Shown piece by piece: positions 22,721-37,700 of a stretch of 64,000 nucleotides of DNA. The stretch's first letter is position 1. Each line of letters begins with the position of its first letter. The notes under the pieces are model-generated. The model was given only the letters and a program-made list of their open reading frames with translations, was not told the DNA's origin and did not search any database. The stretch lies in NCBI RefSeq assembly GCF_964355755.1, contig NC_092673.1, forward strand, positions 4,526,001-4,590,000, written 5' to 3'. The position numbers and the translations under genes are program-made. Source of the stretch: Antedon mediterranea. Lineage: Eukaryota; Animalia; Echinodermata.

Positions 22721-25700
22721 ATGGCAAGTGCTGGTGAAAGTAAGCCAGTTAAAATTGGTATGAAAGTGGAGGTTAAAGAAAAAGGACTAGTTGGAAAGAT
22801 AGCCTTCATTGGTGTAACCAGCTTTGCATCGTAAGTACAAATCATAATCAATACTTTTGGTTGATTTGCATACATTTTAATATCCGAAAGAGGACCTACT
22901 TATTATAACAAAACTTATCTATAATTACAACAAACATTTTCATTTTGTTAAGTGATTGTGAACTCCAACTCCAATCCAAACAGATTTTGATATAATAATA
23001 ATAATGTCTTATATGACAAGAATTATATATGACACAAAGGTATTGGCATTGACATATATCCTACACAATGTGCTTAAAATGTATGAAATCTATTTAAATT
23101 AAATAATATTTTTTTCTTTTGAATTTTAGTGGAAAGTGGATTGGTGTGGTTCTAAGTGAGCCGAAGGGAAAGAATAATGGAGTTGTCAGTGGAAAGAAAT
23201 ATTTTAGTTGTTCCGCCAATCATGGATTGTTTGTTCGACAATCACAGGTATTTTATTGATATTAAACTCTGTCTACACTCACTATCAAACTTTATGTGAC
23301 ATGTGAAAAAAATGTGATGTGCCCATATATGGTATACTGAAATAGGGTAGTGATATGACATCATCATGTCCATTATATATTGACACATCACATTTTTTCA
23401 TCACATAAAGTTTGATAGTGTAGAAAGAGATTTGCAAGGTTCATTCAATGGCAGCCAAAAGCGAAAATGAATTATTTTTTAATAATTAAACTAACTAAAA
23501 TATAATTAAATAAAATTAACAACAGCAATACTATTATGGCGCTTACTAATACTAAAAAATAAAAAAAATAAAAACTAATAAAAATCAAGAAACCATACAA
23601 AAAGACAACATTCATTAATTCAAAAATATCAATATGTGTAAAATATTAACCTACAGTACAGCATATAGTTATTAGAACTGGTTTTCTTTACAGTTGATCA
23701 TACTAGAAGAGGCAGGTGACAGTAAGGGTTCAACCCCTACGTCTTCTCCATCTACAACGCCCTCTAGCAACAATGCGGAAAGAAGATTATTAAAGCAATC
23801 TGGGGTATGTAAAACCAAATTAGTTTGTTGTACATCAATTGTAGAACTTTGATTTGCATTTTTACAATTTAAAAAAAAAATAAAACTATCTTTTTCTCAG
23901 AAACAAGAACAGCAGAATGTTTCAAAACAAAAAAAAACTGATGTGAGACATTTTTTAATATTGGGTTTTGGTTACATGGTTTTAATCTTTTAACTTTAAA
24001 TATGCGTTTTTGTACAGTACGTTGTATTATTGGAAATACATATTTATAAAATTGTTTTAACATAAGAATATTTTAAATTATATATTTTAGGTAAATATTA
24101 GATTTAGATTTTACATTTTTTGGTAGGTAATACTATCTTTAAAGGTGATATGTGTTAGTTTCTTGTGATTAATTAATATTTTATTATTGTAGCATGATTT
24201 TAGCTATTGTAGAGCCTAGTTCATTCAAATTCATACTTTTTCATATTTACATATTTATTATATTGTTTACAGTTTTATTTTGTGTGTTTTTTTTATGGCA
24301 AATTCAGGAGTGAGGAAGGAAAATAAATATGTATCAACCATACATAAAAAGCTACATTTTTACAAATTTACGCAACATAACATAAACATGATAGAAAAGT
24401 AGTGTACTAATTCCATATAGTAATCAATGATAAAAACATTAACAGATATTTTAAATGGAAAAAATGTCTATAATGGTAGTTAAGCATCCTTCAGACAGAG
24501 ATTGAATTCCATTAGTTATTTAGGCCATGTTTCCGCAGCTAAAAATGAACCGATAAAAATTAACTGATAATTAACCGATAAACTGCCTGTGGAAATGGAT
24601 TCTGCTCGTGAAAAATTAACTGATAATTATCTCATTCAAATTGTATAATTATCAGATGAATGCGATATTTTTACCTTTGACCTGAAGGAAAAATGTTTGC
24701 GTTGTGATTTGGCACTTGGTTAATTGGTAATGACAGATTATGCAACCTTTATTTTTACGGGATTGGTTAAAAAAATTAATTAATTAATTTTTGTTTTGGC
24801 TGTTTTGGCCATAGTCCTACATACATATTATTTTACTGGATAACTTTACAGGGCCTTGATAGAAGAGCATCAGAACCAGCCAAGTTAGCCTCTTTGAAAG
24901 TGAGTTCACTGTACACCATTCAATGATGCATCTTGAGTTCTCAATAATCTACCTTCATCAGTGGTTATACCCTATGCATTTGGTAGCATGACTTAGCATG
25001 CAAGTTCAGTATGTCGCATGTTTAGAACATAGATCTGGATCAAAATGGATATGTAAATTGCAATTAGTGTTTTTTGTTTCAAAAGACCACCAGGTCTGTG
25101 ATTTTTTATATTTCACTGTCATAGTTTAAATACTGTATGATATAATTTCAAACTTGATTCTAAAGGAATTTGTAAGAATAAATTAAAAGGAAAGTTCTTA
25201 ATAACTTGAATAGAAAGGTTATGTGTATAACAAACAGTGGCGGCAGGCATAGACCCCTGGTTTAGCACTCCTAAGCCACCTTTCAACACTGTGTACAGTA
25301 GTTGCATTGGACTGCTCATGCTCTGGGGCCCCTTCAGCTCACGCGCCCTTGGGTTTAGCCAGTGAGCGCTCATAGCCATTATGCCACTGATAACAAAAAT
25401 GTCATGTAATGATTGGTATATATATAATAATACTTTTCAGCATAGGTTAAAATTTAGATGTTGAAAACGTCTTGTTTAATAGTTTTGTTGTAACGTTGTA
25501 TGTACATACCCTACTAACTTTTGTTTGTTTCCTAGCCTGTTTCCTGTTCAACCATCATGTTGTGTTTGCTGATGAATAATAATTAATATAATATTTATTT
25601 TTTTATGATGCCAAATTTTAACTTTTATTCAACAGACACCGAAGAAGAAAGGTGGAGCAAAACCAGCTCAGGGTGTGAGTTGCTATAAAAAATAAAAATA

Positions 25701-28700
25701 ATTGAATGTATTTGAAAAGTTTTAACACGTCTTTTGGTTTTAATACTACTAATACCCAAGAAATTTAATTTACAGAATATGGGATTATTAATATTTTGGT
25801 TACTTTTTTGTTGATTATTTTGGTTATTTGTAGAGCATTGATGTAAAATTATAACTTGACTTGGTTTTAAGGCTATTATTATTATTATTGTCTTAAAACA
25901 AAAAATAATATAGCCCAGCATAAAATGTGGAATAGACTCAGTCTCTTCTTTTGTGCCAGGACTTATAGTATAATTACCACTGATTTAAGCAAGAACACCA
26001 CCATTCTAGATAACAGCTTTGGCATGGGCTAGTAAAATCTACAAAAAATATAGCACACAGAAACAATCCTATTGTAACTCAAATATTCTAGATATTAAAA
26101 AGCAACAGTCACTGCACCCATGTATATAAAACGAAAACACACGCTACTTCTAAGATATGGTAAGAGATACCGGACGAGCACATGAAAGGTTCGAGACCTG
26201 TCTATGCCATATTATGTGTATCGTATTTCTTAGGCAAGATACTTTACTCTCTTTGCTATGTTCTTCGGATGGGACATAAAGATGTTGTGAACAATAAGAA
26301 TTTTGTATAGGAGGAGGATATTACTCATGGTCCTATAATACTGGGCTCCTCTCTAGCAGAACGGTCTTGTAATTAAAAGTCACCCAGTATAAAAAAGAAA
26401 AAAATCAAATAGTCAAGATTGATTTTCTCAATGCTCTACTATTTTATGGTATACCTCATTTATAGGCAACAAATAATTAACTTAATAAGTTAGTTGACAA
26501 TTAATTTTTTAATAAATTTTTGAAATAGCATTTATTTTTGCAATTATATTTGTATATAGTTTCTATACCCTGACATCCCTTTGTCAAAACCCCTACCTGT
26601 GTAATGTTTAATTAGTGTTTATATTAGCATGATAATGATAAAGATCAATCCTTCCAGGCCCATAACTTACTAGTGCTTTATTATTCATATTATTTATAAT
26701 ATATTATTAATATTTATTTTATTCATTTTCCACCCATACAGTTGATGATATAATTCCTTATCCTTCTAAATGTTGTTTTCTCATGGATAAATTTCATGGC
26801 AGCATGAATTTTTCAAAACTTTCTATTTTAAAATCCTGCTATGTTGATTTGTAAAATTTATTTTTACTCTGTTTTTTTTTTGGTTCAAGCATTATTTGTT
26901 AATATTACAAGTGTAATGTAAATGCAATTTCTTTTATTTTTTATATTTTTAAATTAAAGTTAATTTTTTTTTAAATTCTAGTTTGCTTTATACTTTTTTT
27001 GTAAAGAAAAACAAATAGACTGAATTAAATTTTAATATAGTAATATATAATTAATGTTAGGAGTAGATGTGTACCACACTGTGACCCATTAATTGTGTTT
27101 ACACTACTCACATAAGTAAGCAATGGTTGCACTTTTAAGTATGCAAATAAGATGCTTTTATACTTGTCTGAGTTTGCAATTAGTTTTAAAGGGCTCACCA
27201 GTTGCAGATTTAAACTGTAGTTTAAAGATTGTCCATAGACATTTATGTATTATATTAGTTGCATAAAGTATTTATATATGATTATTCTGCACTGGCTTTT
27301 TGCTGAATTTTACTAAAGGGGTCGTCAAACACACGGCCAGCATGTGGTTCTTTTTTGGCCAGCCTGTGGTCCGAGGGCGCTAGACATTTGGCCAGCCTGT
27401 GGTCCCTAGGGCGCTAGCATGAAAACACACAGCCCGTCTCTGTGATTCTTTTTTGGCCAGCCTGTGGTTCGGGGGCGATAGACATATCGGCCAGCCTGCG
27501 GTCCCAAGGGCGCTAGACATAACTTTTCCATGCTTTTCTAAAGTGAGCCCTCTACAGCTGTTTTCATTTTCACTGTGCTTTGACAAGAATATGTGTGGTC
27601 TTAATGTATTATATTAGATTATTATTTGTTATATTAAATAATGTTTTTGGACACATTTACGGCCGCCATGTTGTTGGTTCTCCCTCCTGTTGGAATCACT
27701 TTTCAGTCTGGAGTACGCCCTCTAGTGTTCTTATTACATCTCTCTCTGTCTATGGCTCTCTGCTGGCTGACCGAAATGTCTAGCGCCCTCGGGACAACAG
27801 GCTGGCCAAATGTCTAGCGCCCTCGGACCACAGGCTGGCCATAAAAGAACCACAGGCTGGCCGTGTGTTTGACGACCCCTGCTCGAATTTTACAAGGGTT
27901 TGTTTCTATAATCCTGCACTGATATGCATTCACACTGCAAACAAATAAATAAATAAAGAGACAATTATTTATCACATTCACACAGCTTAAAAATGAGCAA
28001 CATCAAGTATATTATTCAGTATTAAACTAATATAATTGTATTATTTGTATAAAAATACATATATATATATATAAATGGCTTATATAACCAAATTTATTGT
28101 TATTCATTATATAATGGCAAGAGATCTATATATCTAAAAATAACTTATTTAATTAAAAAAACATTTATTTAGCTACAGTAGCTACACTATTTGGTTTATG
28201 CCTTAAACTCATAATAACTTAATCCGGTAATAATATATGCAGTGTAGAGTGTATTTATTGATTTTATTTTGTATTTTTTTTAGAGTACGCGGTAATTATG
28301 TTTGCTATTTCAGATTTTTTTTACAATTTTATCTTTTATTTCAGCATTGATTTATCACTTTTTTTCCAAGAATGAATACTTTGTTTATAAATGGATGTTT
28401 GTGTTTTATTTTTCAAAAATAATTATTTTATTATTTATTTTTATAACAAGAACTTTAAATAAAGACTGTAAATATTCTTGAATCTTGTTTGTAAATTTAT
28501 CATCACCACAAATGCAGCAATTGCCTATTACAGTGATTAAAATAGCTTGTGAGCACAGAATCATTCAATAAAGAAAGATGTAGAACATATTATATTCTAC
28601 ATATTTAATATGGAACATTTTATTAATACTATTTAACATATTTTCTTAAACTAATAATCTATTTTTTTGGTTTGATAGATTAAGCCCCCAGAGGTGAGGC

Positions 28701-31700
28701 CAAGCCCGCCACCATCGGAGGCTTCGCAGCCAGAATCCGAAGAAGATTTCCACTCGGAGGAAATTTTGAACTTGCGACACCAGGTGAAGGATCTCTCAGA
28801 GAAGTTGGATACGTTGAAGATCCGGCGTGCTGAAGACAAAGTTAAATTAAAAGATATGGAGAAAATGAAGATACAACTACAACAGGTACAGTAGATAAAC
28901 AGCAACAACAACAGAATCCTGTATTTAAATTATATATATAATTATAAGTCTAAAGGCAAATTACTGAAAAAATGACAATGCTGTGGGTATCACTATCAGT
29001 GGCTGGATTTCAATGGAGAAATAATTAAATAAAATAAACAAAAAGCTAAATCAAAACAATAAATTTAAATAGTCACAAAAATTTCCCAGATTTATTGTAT
29101 ATGTATATTATAAGAGGACAATTTCTTGTAAGCTTGTAAGAGGTAATACTATGACTAACCCCTATACATGAAACAACCCTATTATTAGAGGATAATTTCT
29201 TGTAAGCTAAACAAGAGGTAATACTATGACTAAACCCTTATGCCTGGGGGATAATTTGTTGTTGTTGTGTCCTGAAGGTGTCCCCGTAATAGACTGTAAA
29301 CAAATAACAAAACTTTTGTTTTTGTATTAAAGCATCAAGAGTTTAAGTCCAGAATGACTGAAGCAAAATCTGATCTAGAACGACAACTGCAAGAAGCTAA
29401 GAAAGTAAGTTTAAAGCTCTGTGTACACTATCAAACCTTATGTGACAAAAAAATGTGTTGTGCCCATGCGTGGACATGATATCATATCACTACCATATTT
29501 GTGCATATCACTACCATATTTGGGCACATCACACTTATTTTGTCAAACTAGACAGAATTTTATCAAGATCATTGGAAAGATTTGAATGAGATGTGGCATG
29601 TGTGATGTTATTGGTAGTGGTGGTTGTGGTGATGTTATGGTTGTGTGGAATGATTGTGATGAGTATGGGTATACAATTAAAGCAGCTTGTTGTGATGATT
29701 TGTTTATTTTTTCATAATTGTGGTTGTTTTATGATTTTTAGGAAGCTAGGGAGGCAGTTGAAGCTAAGCAGAGACATGAGGATGATGTTGCAGAAGTAGC
29801 AGAAAGCATTGAGATGGCTACTCTTGACAAAGAAATGGCAGAAGAACGAGTAAGTCTAAAATTGTTTATTATTTCATCACTCCAACCATTCTAGGCTTTG
29901 AACCTTGCATTTATATGTAACAATAAAGATAACAGTGCCACTATTTTCATGACAATTAGCTTGCTGTAAATGTGATATGTCCATATATGGACATGATGAT
30001 GTCATATCACTACCGTTTTTTTTTCAAATTTTTGTCTTTCTTTTTTCATATTTATATTGTGTTTGATTATTTTGTAATATCAAAAACTTGTGTAAAAATA
30101 ATCAATATTGACTGAACGAGTTGTACTGTGCATCAGTCTCGGGAATAAATAAAGTTTATTAAATAAACTTTTTTGTCAAACTAGTTTGAGCTTTAGATTC
30201 AATTATGCATGTACATTATCTTTCAGGCTGATACTTTACAACAAGAAGTTGAAACATTGAAAGAGAAAAACGAAGAGTTGACCCTTGACCTTGAGTTGCT
30301 TCGAAGTGAAATTGAGCAAGGAGGTAAAGACTACAACAATGTTTCTTTAAATCTTACTTAATGCAAGAGGCTGTTATAGTTATAACGTTATAAAATATTC
30401 CTGGGAGATACAAATATATTTATTCCTCACCCAAAATTTAATTTTAATTTTTTTAAACTCTTTACCATTATTGTTTTGTTTAAAATGATAATACTATATT
30501 TTTAAATCTTAAAAACAATTTTATATCAGCAGCAGGTTTAATTCAATTCAGTTTTTCTTTTATTTTGGATTCATGTCCAGAATATAATAAATATATAATT
30601 AACAAAAAAATAGAAAAAAAATACATGGGTATCAGATCAGATATTTCTTGCCTTTTATTTGTTTGTTTTTTTATGATATTTAAAACACAAAATATTCACA
30701 TTTGTTGTTAACTATTTGAATTTACTCCTCAGCAAAATCAGGCGATGGTTTCAAAGGTACTGGTAACATCAATCACATAATGCTCATATTTTTGACCGTT
30801 TTCTTGGATAACTAAATATGTTTTCCACTAAAACAAAATATTCAATTTGCTTTGGTCACTTCACTTGCTTATCACATAAGTTAAAATTCGAATAGTAGGG
30901 CTACTTTATTTCTTAAGGAATGTTTTAGTAATACTGTATATATTCGAATAAACGCCCATTTTGAATAAACGCCCCCTCGAATAAACGCCCCCTCGAATAA
31001 ACGCCCCTCATAGTACACCATTTGGAATAATAAATTTCCCATGTGTTTATTTATTTCCTTAATAATAATAAAATAAATAATATTAAATAATAATAATAAA
31101 CACCCTGCCACATGCATTAATTTTGTATTACAACACATATTGGTAGTAGAATTCATTGACTGCCATGATCAACCAAGAATGTTGTTACCGTTTTTACTGT
31201 ATTTGATCACTTTTTGATATTAATTGTTTATATTTAGGGGGTATTTTTTTATTATACATGTTACCATATTACACACAAAAAAATAAAGGCCTGCCTCCCT
31301 CAAATAAACTCTCCTTCAGTCCCAAATAACCCTCTTGAACAATAAACGCCCAGGGAGGGGAAAGGGCGGTTATTCGAATAAATACGGTAATCTAAATTGA
31401 ATTAGTATTCTGAATTTATTTAGTGTTCTGAACCTTCAAATATTTTAAGTTAATAGTCATTTCAATCCCACTTCATGAAGAGTGTGTTGACCCTGGACAT
31501 ATTATGAGCCCAGAACTTTTTTTCTTGCCCTTTTACAATCACATTATGTGTGTGTTTTCTGCACAAAAGGTTACAATTTGTATGTACTACGATTCTAAAA
31601 CTAGAATGGTTCTTTTTGCATGAAAATAATTTTAGTTGGAATTGTTTCTTAAGCTCTGTCTACATTATCAAACTTTTGTGGAAAAAAACATGTGCCCATA

Positions 31701-34700
31701 TATGGACACAATGACATCATATATGGACACAATGACATCATATTTGGACATAATGACATCATATCACTACCATATTACGGCACGTCACACTAGTTTTTAT
31801 AGTGTAGACAGAGCTTTAGGTGACATTTTCAAGATTTAAGATTTTGTTCACATCAGTATTATTTACAAACCCATCAAACTTCCTTTTCCCCATACTTACA
31901 CGGTGGAGGTATTTGATTTAATTTATACCGTATGAGTCAACTTTTTTTTTAAGGTGGAAGGTGTTATAAAATATTTATGCACTATTTAATTCTATTATGC
32001 ACAATACAACTATTTATTGATTATTACATATTCAATTTTTTATTCCCAAACTCGGCATGTTTTAATTAGCGACTAGCTTAGAATCTAGTTCTAATTAGGT
32101 TACTGTATTCTATGGATATTAAGAAAGTACAGCACAAAGTTAAAAAACATAATAATGATGTAATTAGTCACTTAAAAATCATGAATAGTTTTTCCTTCAT
32201 TACTCATTTGCTGACAATATTGTGTGGCTTTAAACATAAAAGGATTTTAGTTATTATTTTAAGATTGTGTCATGACACTAAGCTGGTAAAACAAACGTTT
32301 ATGGGGATACAGTATGTGTGGGTGTTACACCACATGTTCTTCACACGAATTCTCTGTACTGTATCTTCATTTTGTCAGTATCTTATGAATGTTCCACAAT
32401 ACATGTCACAATGTAACACGGTGTCATATAGGAATTATTTTAAAAGTTAGGTTAAGTAAACAAAAATGGCACATGTGATACTGTATTTAGAAATCATACT
32501 TGGAATTGCCTTATTGCCATTTTAAAAAATAAAATTGTTTGAAGTCTTAGAAAAAATCATTCAGGTTTTTACACATTCAGTGCTCAGTACATATATGTAT
32601 ACTTTTTGTATGTGACTAAATTTATTTTATGTATGTACTGGACAATACTAATTTATAATTGTTGGTGCGTTTAGGTACTGAAGGAGCTGCTACCAACTAC
32701 CAAATCAAACAGATGGAACAACAGAACACCAGATTGAAGGAAGCTCTTGTGAGGTTGCGTGACCTCTCCAACCATGAGAAGCAAGAGTATCAAGGATTGG
32801 TAAAAGAGAAAGAAAAGGTTGTGAACGAATGTAAAGAAGCAAGAATACAGAAAGAAAGTGTTTCCAAAGCTTTGAAGGAAGCAGAAAACCAGGTGATTGA
32901 GCTTAAGGAACAAGTGGATGCTGCTCTTGGGGCAGAGGAGATGGTAGAGTCTTTGTCAGAGGCTAACCTTGAACTTGAAGAAAAGGTCCAAGAGCTGCAG
33001 GACAACATTAATGATTTGGTGAGATACATGTCTTGTTAATGTCTTTAGAACCTTGTTAGAAGTAGGTAAAATAAGATATTGAAAAAGAATTGTCTGAAGA
33101 ATGTCTGCCTTAAATACTTAAAGCTTAAGATTTTGTATGACTTTATTTAGGAAGCACTCGCCGACATGAACGAAGAGATCCAGGAAAATGCAAGAGAAAC
33201 CGAGTTGGAATTGCGAGAAGAACGTGACATGGCTAACTCTCGAGTACTCGATGCTCAGCGTAAAATGGAATCTATGAATGATAGCGTTGCTGATTACCAA
33301 CAAACGATCGCCAAGTTTAGAGAACTTACTTCTTCTCTTCAGGTAAATGATTCTTTAAGGTTCAATAGTATTTAGAATTTCAGTTAGCTATTTTTTTATT
33401 TTTTATTTTTTTTTAGTGATTTTACAGCAAAAAAATATAAACAAACACCTCAGATATTTATTTATTTCGGGATAATCCTTTTTTTATATCTGAATAAATA
33501 TTATTTTTTTGTTACAGAAGTGAATACTCAATTTCTGTCACTTTAGTTAATTTTATTGCTAAGGTCAAATCTGGGGGTCACTTCATCACCCTAGATATTT
33601 CAATTGTGAAGTATCCTATTACAAACACAAACTTTAATGGACTGTTTCGATAATAATTCAATGAATATCTGCTGACAGTGAATATACCAGAAATGCTTAG
33701 GGATTTGTAATTTTAGCATGACATGTCCTAATAGACTCTTTCCCAGACGTTTTTTCGGTCTACTGTAGCAGCTGGAATCAATAAATCATAGTGGAGTTTC
33801 CATTTTCACAAAACTGTCTGTCCTTAGAACTATAACTGCTGCTTGCTTTAGCTTCTGATTGAGTAGTCCTAATGGGACGTAGCGGGCTAGAGCAGCAGCG
33901 TGAAAAACAAAGGATAACCATATGAAGATGATGGACAACCCAATTAAAGAGTAAAAAAGAATTGGTTTCCATTGGGGTCCGAATAAAATATATAAAAACA
34001 CAAACCCAGCCTATTTATTACCAGATGAACATTTTTAACCACAGCCTTTATTCTATTTCTTTATTAGGAGGAGAATCGTCAACTTCTCTTGAAGGCAGAA
34101 AGAGCCAACAACAGCCAGGATTCGACGCCAGATCAACCAGCCTTTGACTTCAAGCAAAAATTTGCCGAAGCCAAAGCACAGGCTAAGGTGAGTACTTTCA
34201 ACGCATTTATTTTCCTTTTCCTAAACTGTAATTGACATTTTGCTTCAATGTTTGTATAAACATGAACTTGAAAGTATTTTTTATGTGATGAATATTTATT
34301 GATTTTGTAGATGATCGAACTGGACATACGCAAGCTTGAGGTAGAGCAGTCAAAGCGCCACATTGAGTTGCTTTGTTCTTTCATGGCAGATAGCTTCCTT
34401 CGAAGAGGAGGTACTCATATGTTTTTTTTTTCTAATCTGATTTGAAGTTAAAGAATATAATTTCGAAGCTCAGTCTACTCAAATTTTATGTGACAACAAA
34501 ATATATATGGGCATGATGTCACATAACTACCATATTTGGGCACATCACACTCTTTTGTCAAACTAGTTTGATAGTGAAGCTTAAGTCATTCATGATTGTG
34601 TTGATTTCAGATACAGAACCCAAGGTATCAAAATAGATTGATTATTTTTATATTTTAATTTATTAAGGTGATCATGACTGTGTTCAAGTTCTTCTGCTCT

Positions 34701-37700
34701 TGTCTCGACTCAATTCCAAGGCTGAGATGATTATTAATCAAATCAAAGAAAAAGTAAGGAAAATATACAACTTGATAATTGAATTAATACATTAATTTGC
34801 TGGTATGCATTGGCTTGAAATGTCAAAATAGTATACTGTACTACATAAACCATTTGTATCTAGATACTGTATGTGTTTTGTGATATATTTTATGTATTGC
34901 CATTATTCTCGTAATATGGACAACCCCATACATGATATTATTTTCATATTCCTATACAATATCTCACTCGTCGACTGCTTTTCCAATTCTTTAGGCTGAG
35001 TTGCCACAAAGCTTTGATAGAGAGGGAATGCTTCAAAATAACAAGGGAGAACAGCTATCATTTACCAACACCCTCATCTTTACCCTACATCAGTTTCAAG
35101 CTATTCTACACAAATATCAATAGTAAGTAAATGAAGGGTATTTTTCATAAGTGTTAAACTCTGATGTTAATGCATGCAATAAACACTGAAGGATGCTAAC
35201 TGTGCAAGCATATTATATTGTAGTTCAGGATCTTAATTTATTAAGCTTTTATTTGTTTGCAGTGCTTTGTCCAACTGTAGCGTTGACTTGTTCTGCAAGA
35301 TTGGCACACTGTTCCCTGAGATGGCACCATATGAAAGTTCACTGGATTTCTACATTGAACAACTTAGAAAAGACCAGGTAAAATCCACGGACAACTTTGG
35401 GACACGAACATTTGATGGCCAAATATTTATTTCCCTTCATTCGTTTCACATAAAAGTGTGCCCTTATTCTGGTGTCCTATAAATTTAATTTTGCAATATA
35501 AAATATATAAAAATACAATTACAAGAAAAAAGATCAATAAAAATAAAAAGATAAAAATATTTTACTCTCTGCCTCCCCACAAAGGCAGGCGGAGTTACCA
35601 AAAGCGTAAAACAATGTCTGGTGGCTCTCCAACGTGGTGTCCCCTGAATAGTGGTGTTCTAAAAAAGGGGTTTTATTATTAATAACAAAAACAATTGGAA
35701 AAAAGTTTGGACGGATGCTACACCAGATTACTCAGAGCAGCACTAAATATCAGTTGGATGGACAAAATACCAAACACAGCTGTATGGCGACATTCCAAAA
35801 GTAACCTTTAAAATAAGACACCGCAGATTGAGTGCCTGCCGGCCATTTTTATCGTCACACAGAAAAAGCAGCAAGCAGATTTCTGCTCTGGGAACCCAAA
35901 CTTGGATCATCAGGTGCACGAAACAAAACATACGTCAAGGTCCTTCTTGAGGATACCAGCTTAGGAAATACATCTGAACTTACTTGTGTCATGGAGGACC
36001 GCAAAACTTGGAAATCTAGCTATGCTGATGTCTGATTGATGAAGATGGTCGACTGCGGTCGATATATATGATATGATATGATTAATAAATATTAATAAAT
36101 TAAAATGATTTTTTAACTAAAACTCAAGCTTTACCAGAATTATTTCAATTATTGGTAGTAATGTAACTTAAGCATCTAATCTGATTTTTTTCGTAGCTGG
36201 ATGAGACAACTTCTCTTGAGGCATTAAAGAAAGCCATCACCTATTTCAGACACCTGTATAATGTACACCTGGTTCAGGAGGAGACTGACCTTACCATAGC
36301 GATGGAAGACAGTGTCAAGATGATCACATCTGCTAGTGAATGTATTACTTTGGAAACTAAGAAAGTTAAAGTGCTTATGCAGGTGAAGTTCTGTCTACAC
36401 TATCAAACTTTAAGTGACAAGTGTGATGTGTCCAAATATGGTAGTGATATGCATAAATATGGTAGTGATATGCCTAAAAAGCATACCACTACCATTTTTG
36501 GGCACATCACACTTTTTTGTCAAACTAGTTTGATAGTGTAGACAGAGCTTAAAGTTGATTGGTCCACTCTTTTTTTCAATTTTAATAATTCTAACCTAAG
36601 ATACTTTATTCAATTTATCTTTTTTTTTTCAGGCCAAGCAAGAGACAACTGATCTTGCCATTTTAATGAAAGATCTCGATTCCACAGCAGATGACATAAA
36701 AACATTTTCTAGACAGGTGGGTTGCATTTGCTGTTATACTGCTTAGAAAAAAAATGTTTTAATCTCAAAATTCAAATCATAAAACTCATGATGTCAGTGA
36801 TGTCCTTTTTTTACTCTAAAAAAATGATTATTTTAATTTTAGATACGGCGCAGATTACCTAAGCAAGGAGAGATTGGATCAGGTGAAGATGGACCTGGGC
36901 CTGCAGCCCTCATGTATGGACCAGAGGTGAGAGGGTTATGTATAATATAAAGATGATAGATGACAAATTTCGTTTTTGTAAAAGCACAAGTTAACGGAGT
37001 ACTTACTCGAACGTTTCGATCTCTATCAGAGATCCTTCTCAACTGACTGCGGAGTGTTAATGCAGCTTGGTCATTCTTGACGTCATCTGTTGATGACGTT
37101 GTACGCCTCCGGTTGTAGGTTGGAGGTTGTGCGGGGCTCGGCCAGGTGATGTGTCTATCAAATCATTGTACAAATGCGAGAGTTCGTGGGCTCCAGTGTC
37201 CCGGTTCATGGTCTTCTCTTTATTTCTCCTTATATGTAATGATTCTCTAATCTGTCTGTCTTTGCGTTTAGGCTCTTTGGTTAAGATGGTAGCCTCCCAG
37301 TTCGGTACATGATTGTGTTTTATGACATGTTCTGTAATGGCAGATTTGTGTATGATCGAAGATGTGGATGTTCTGGAGGCCCTAGTCATTACTCCCCCCG
37401 TGTTTGTTGTAACATCTTTTTTGTGATCATTAATTCGTGTTTGTAATGCCCTCCCTGTTTCCCCAATGTAAACTTGTGGACAGTTGCGGCAGGTGACTTC
37501 GTAGATTACTCCACATGTATCCATCTTCTCGATTTTATCTTTTGGGTGGACGAGGCTATTCTTGATTTTATTTTGGGGTAGGAAAAATGGGTGGTAAATC
37601 TGTCTAGTAAGTTGGTTAGTGAGGACGAAATATCAGCATTACAAAGGGGATTGAACTATGCGGCGAGCCCACGATCCATGCCCATTGACGATCTCATAGT

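Noticed and set aside
28284-28291. 8-nt candidate DCTN1 micro-exon (TAG/AGTACGCG/GTAATT)
   Set aside because: Not a multiple of 3 between phase-0 exons, and no compensating partner exon identified.
37057-37524. Stand-alone GIY-YIG endonuclease gene on the minus strand
   Set aside because: It is the inverted duplicate of the Penelope ORF 3' end.
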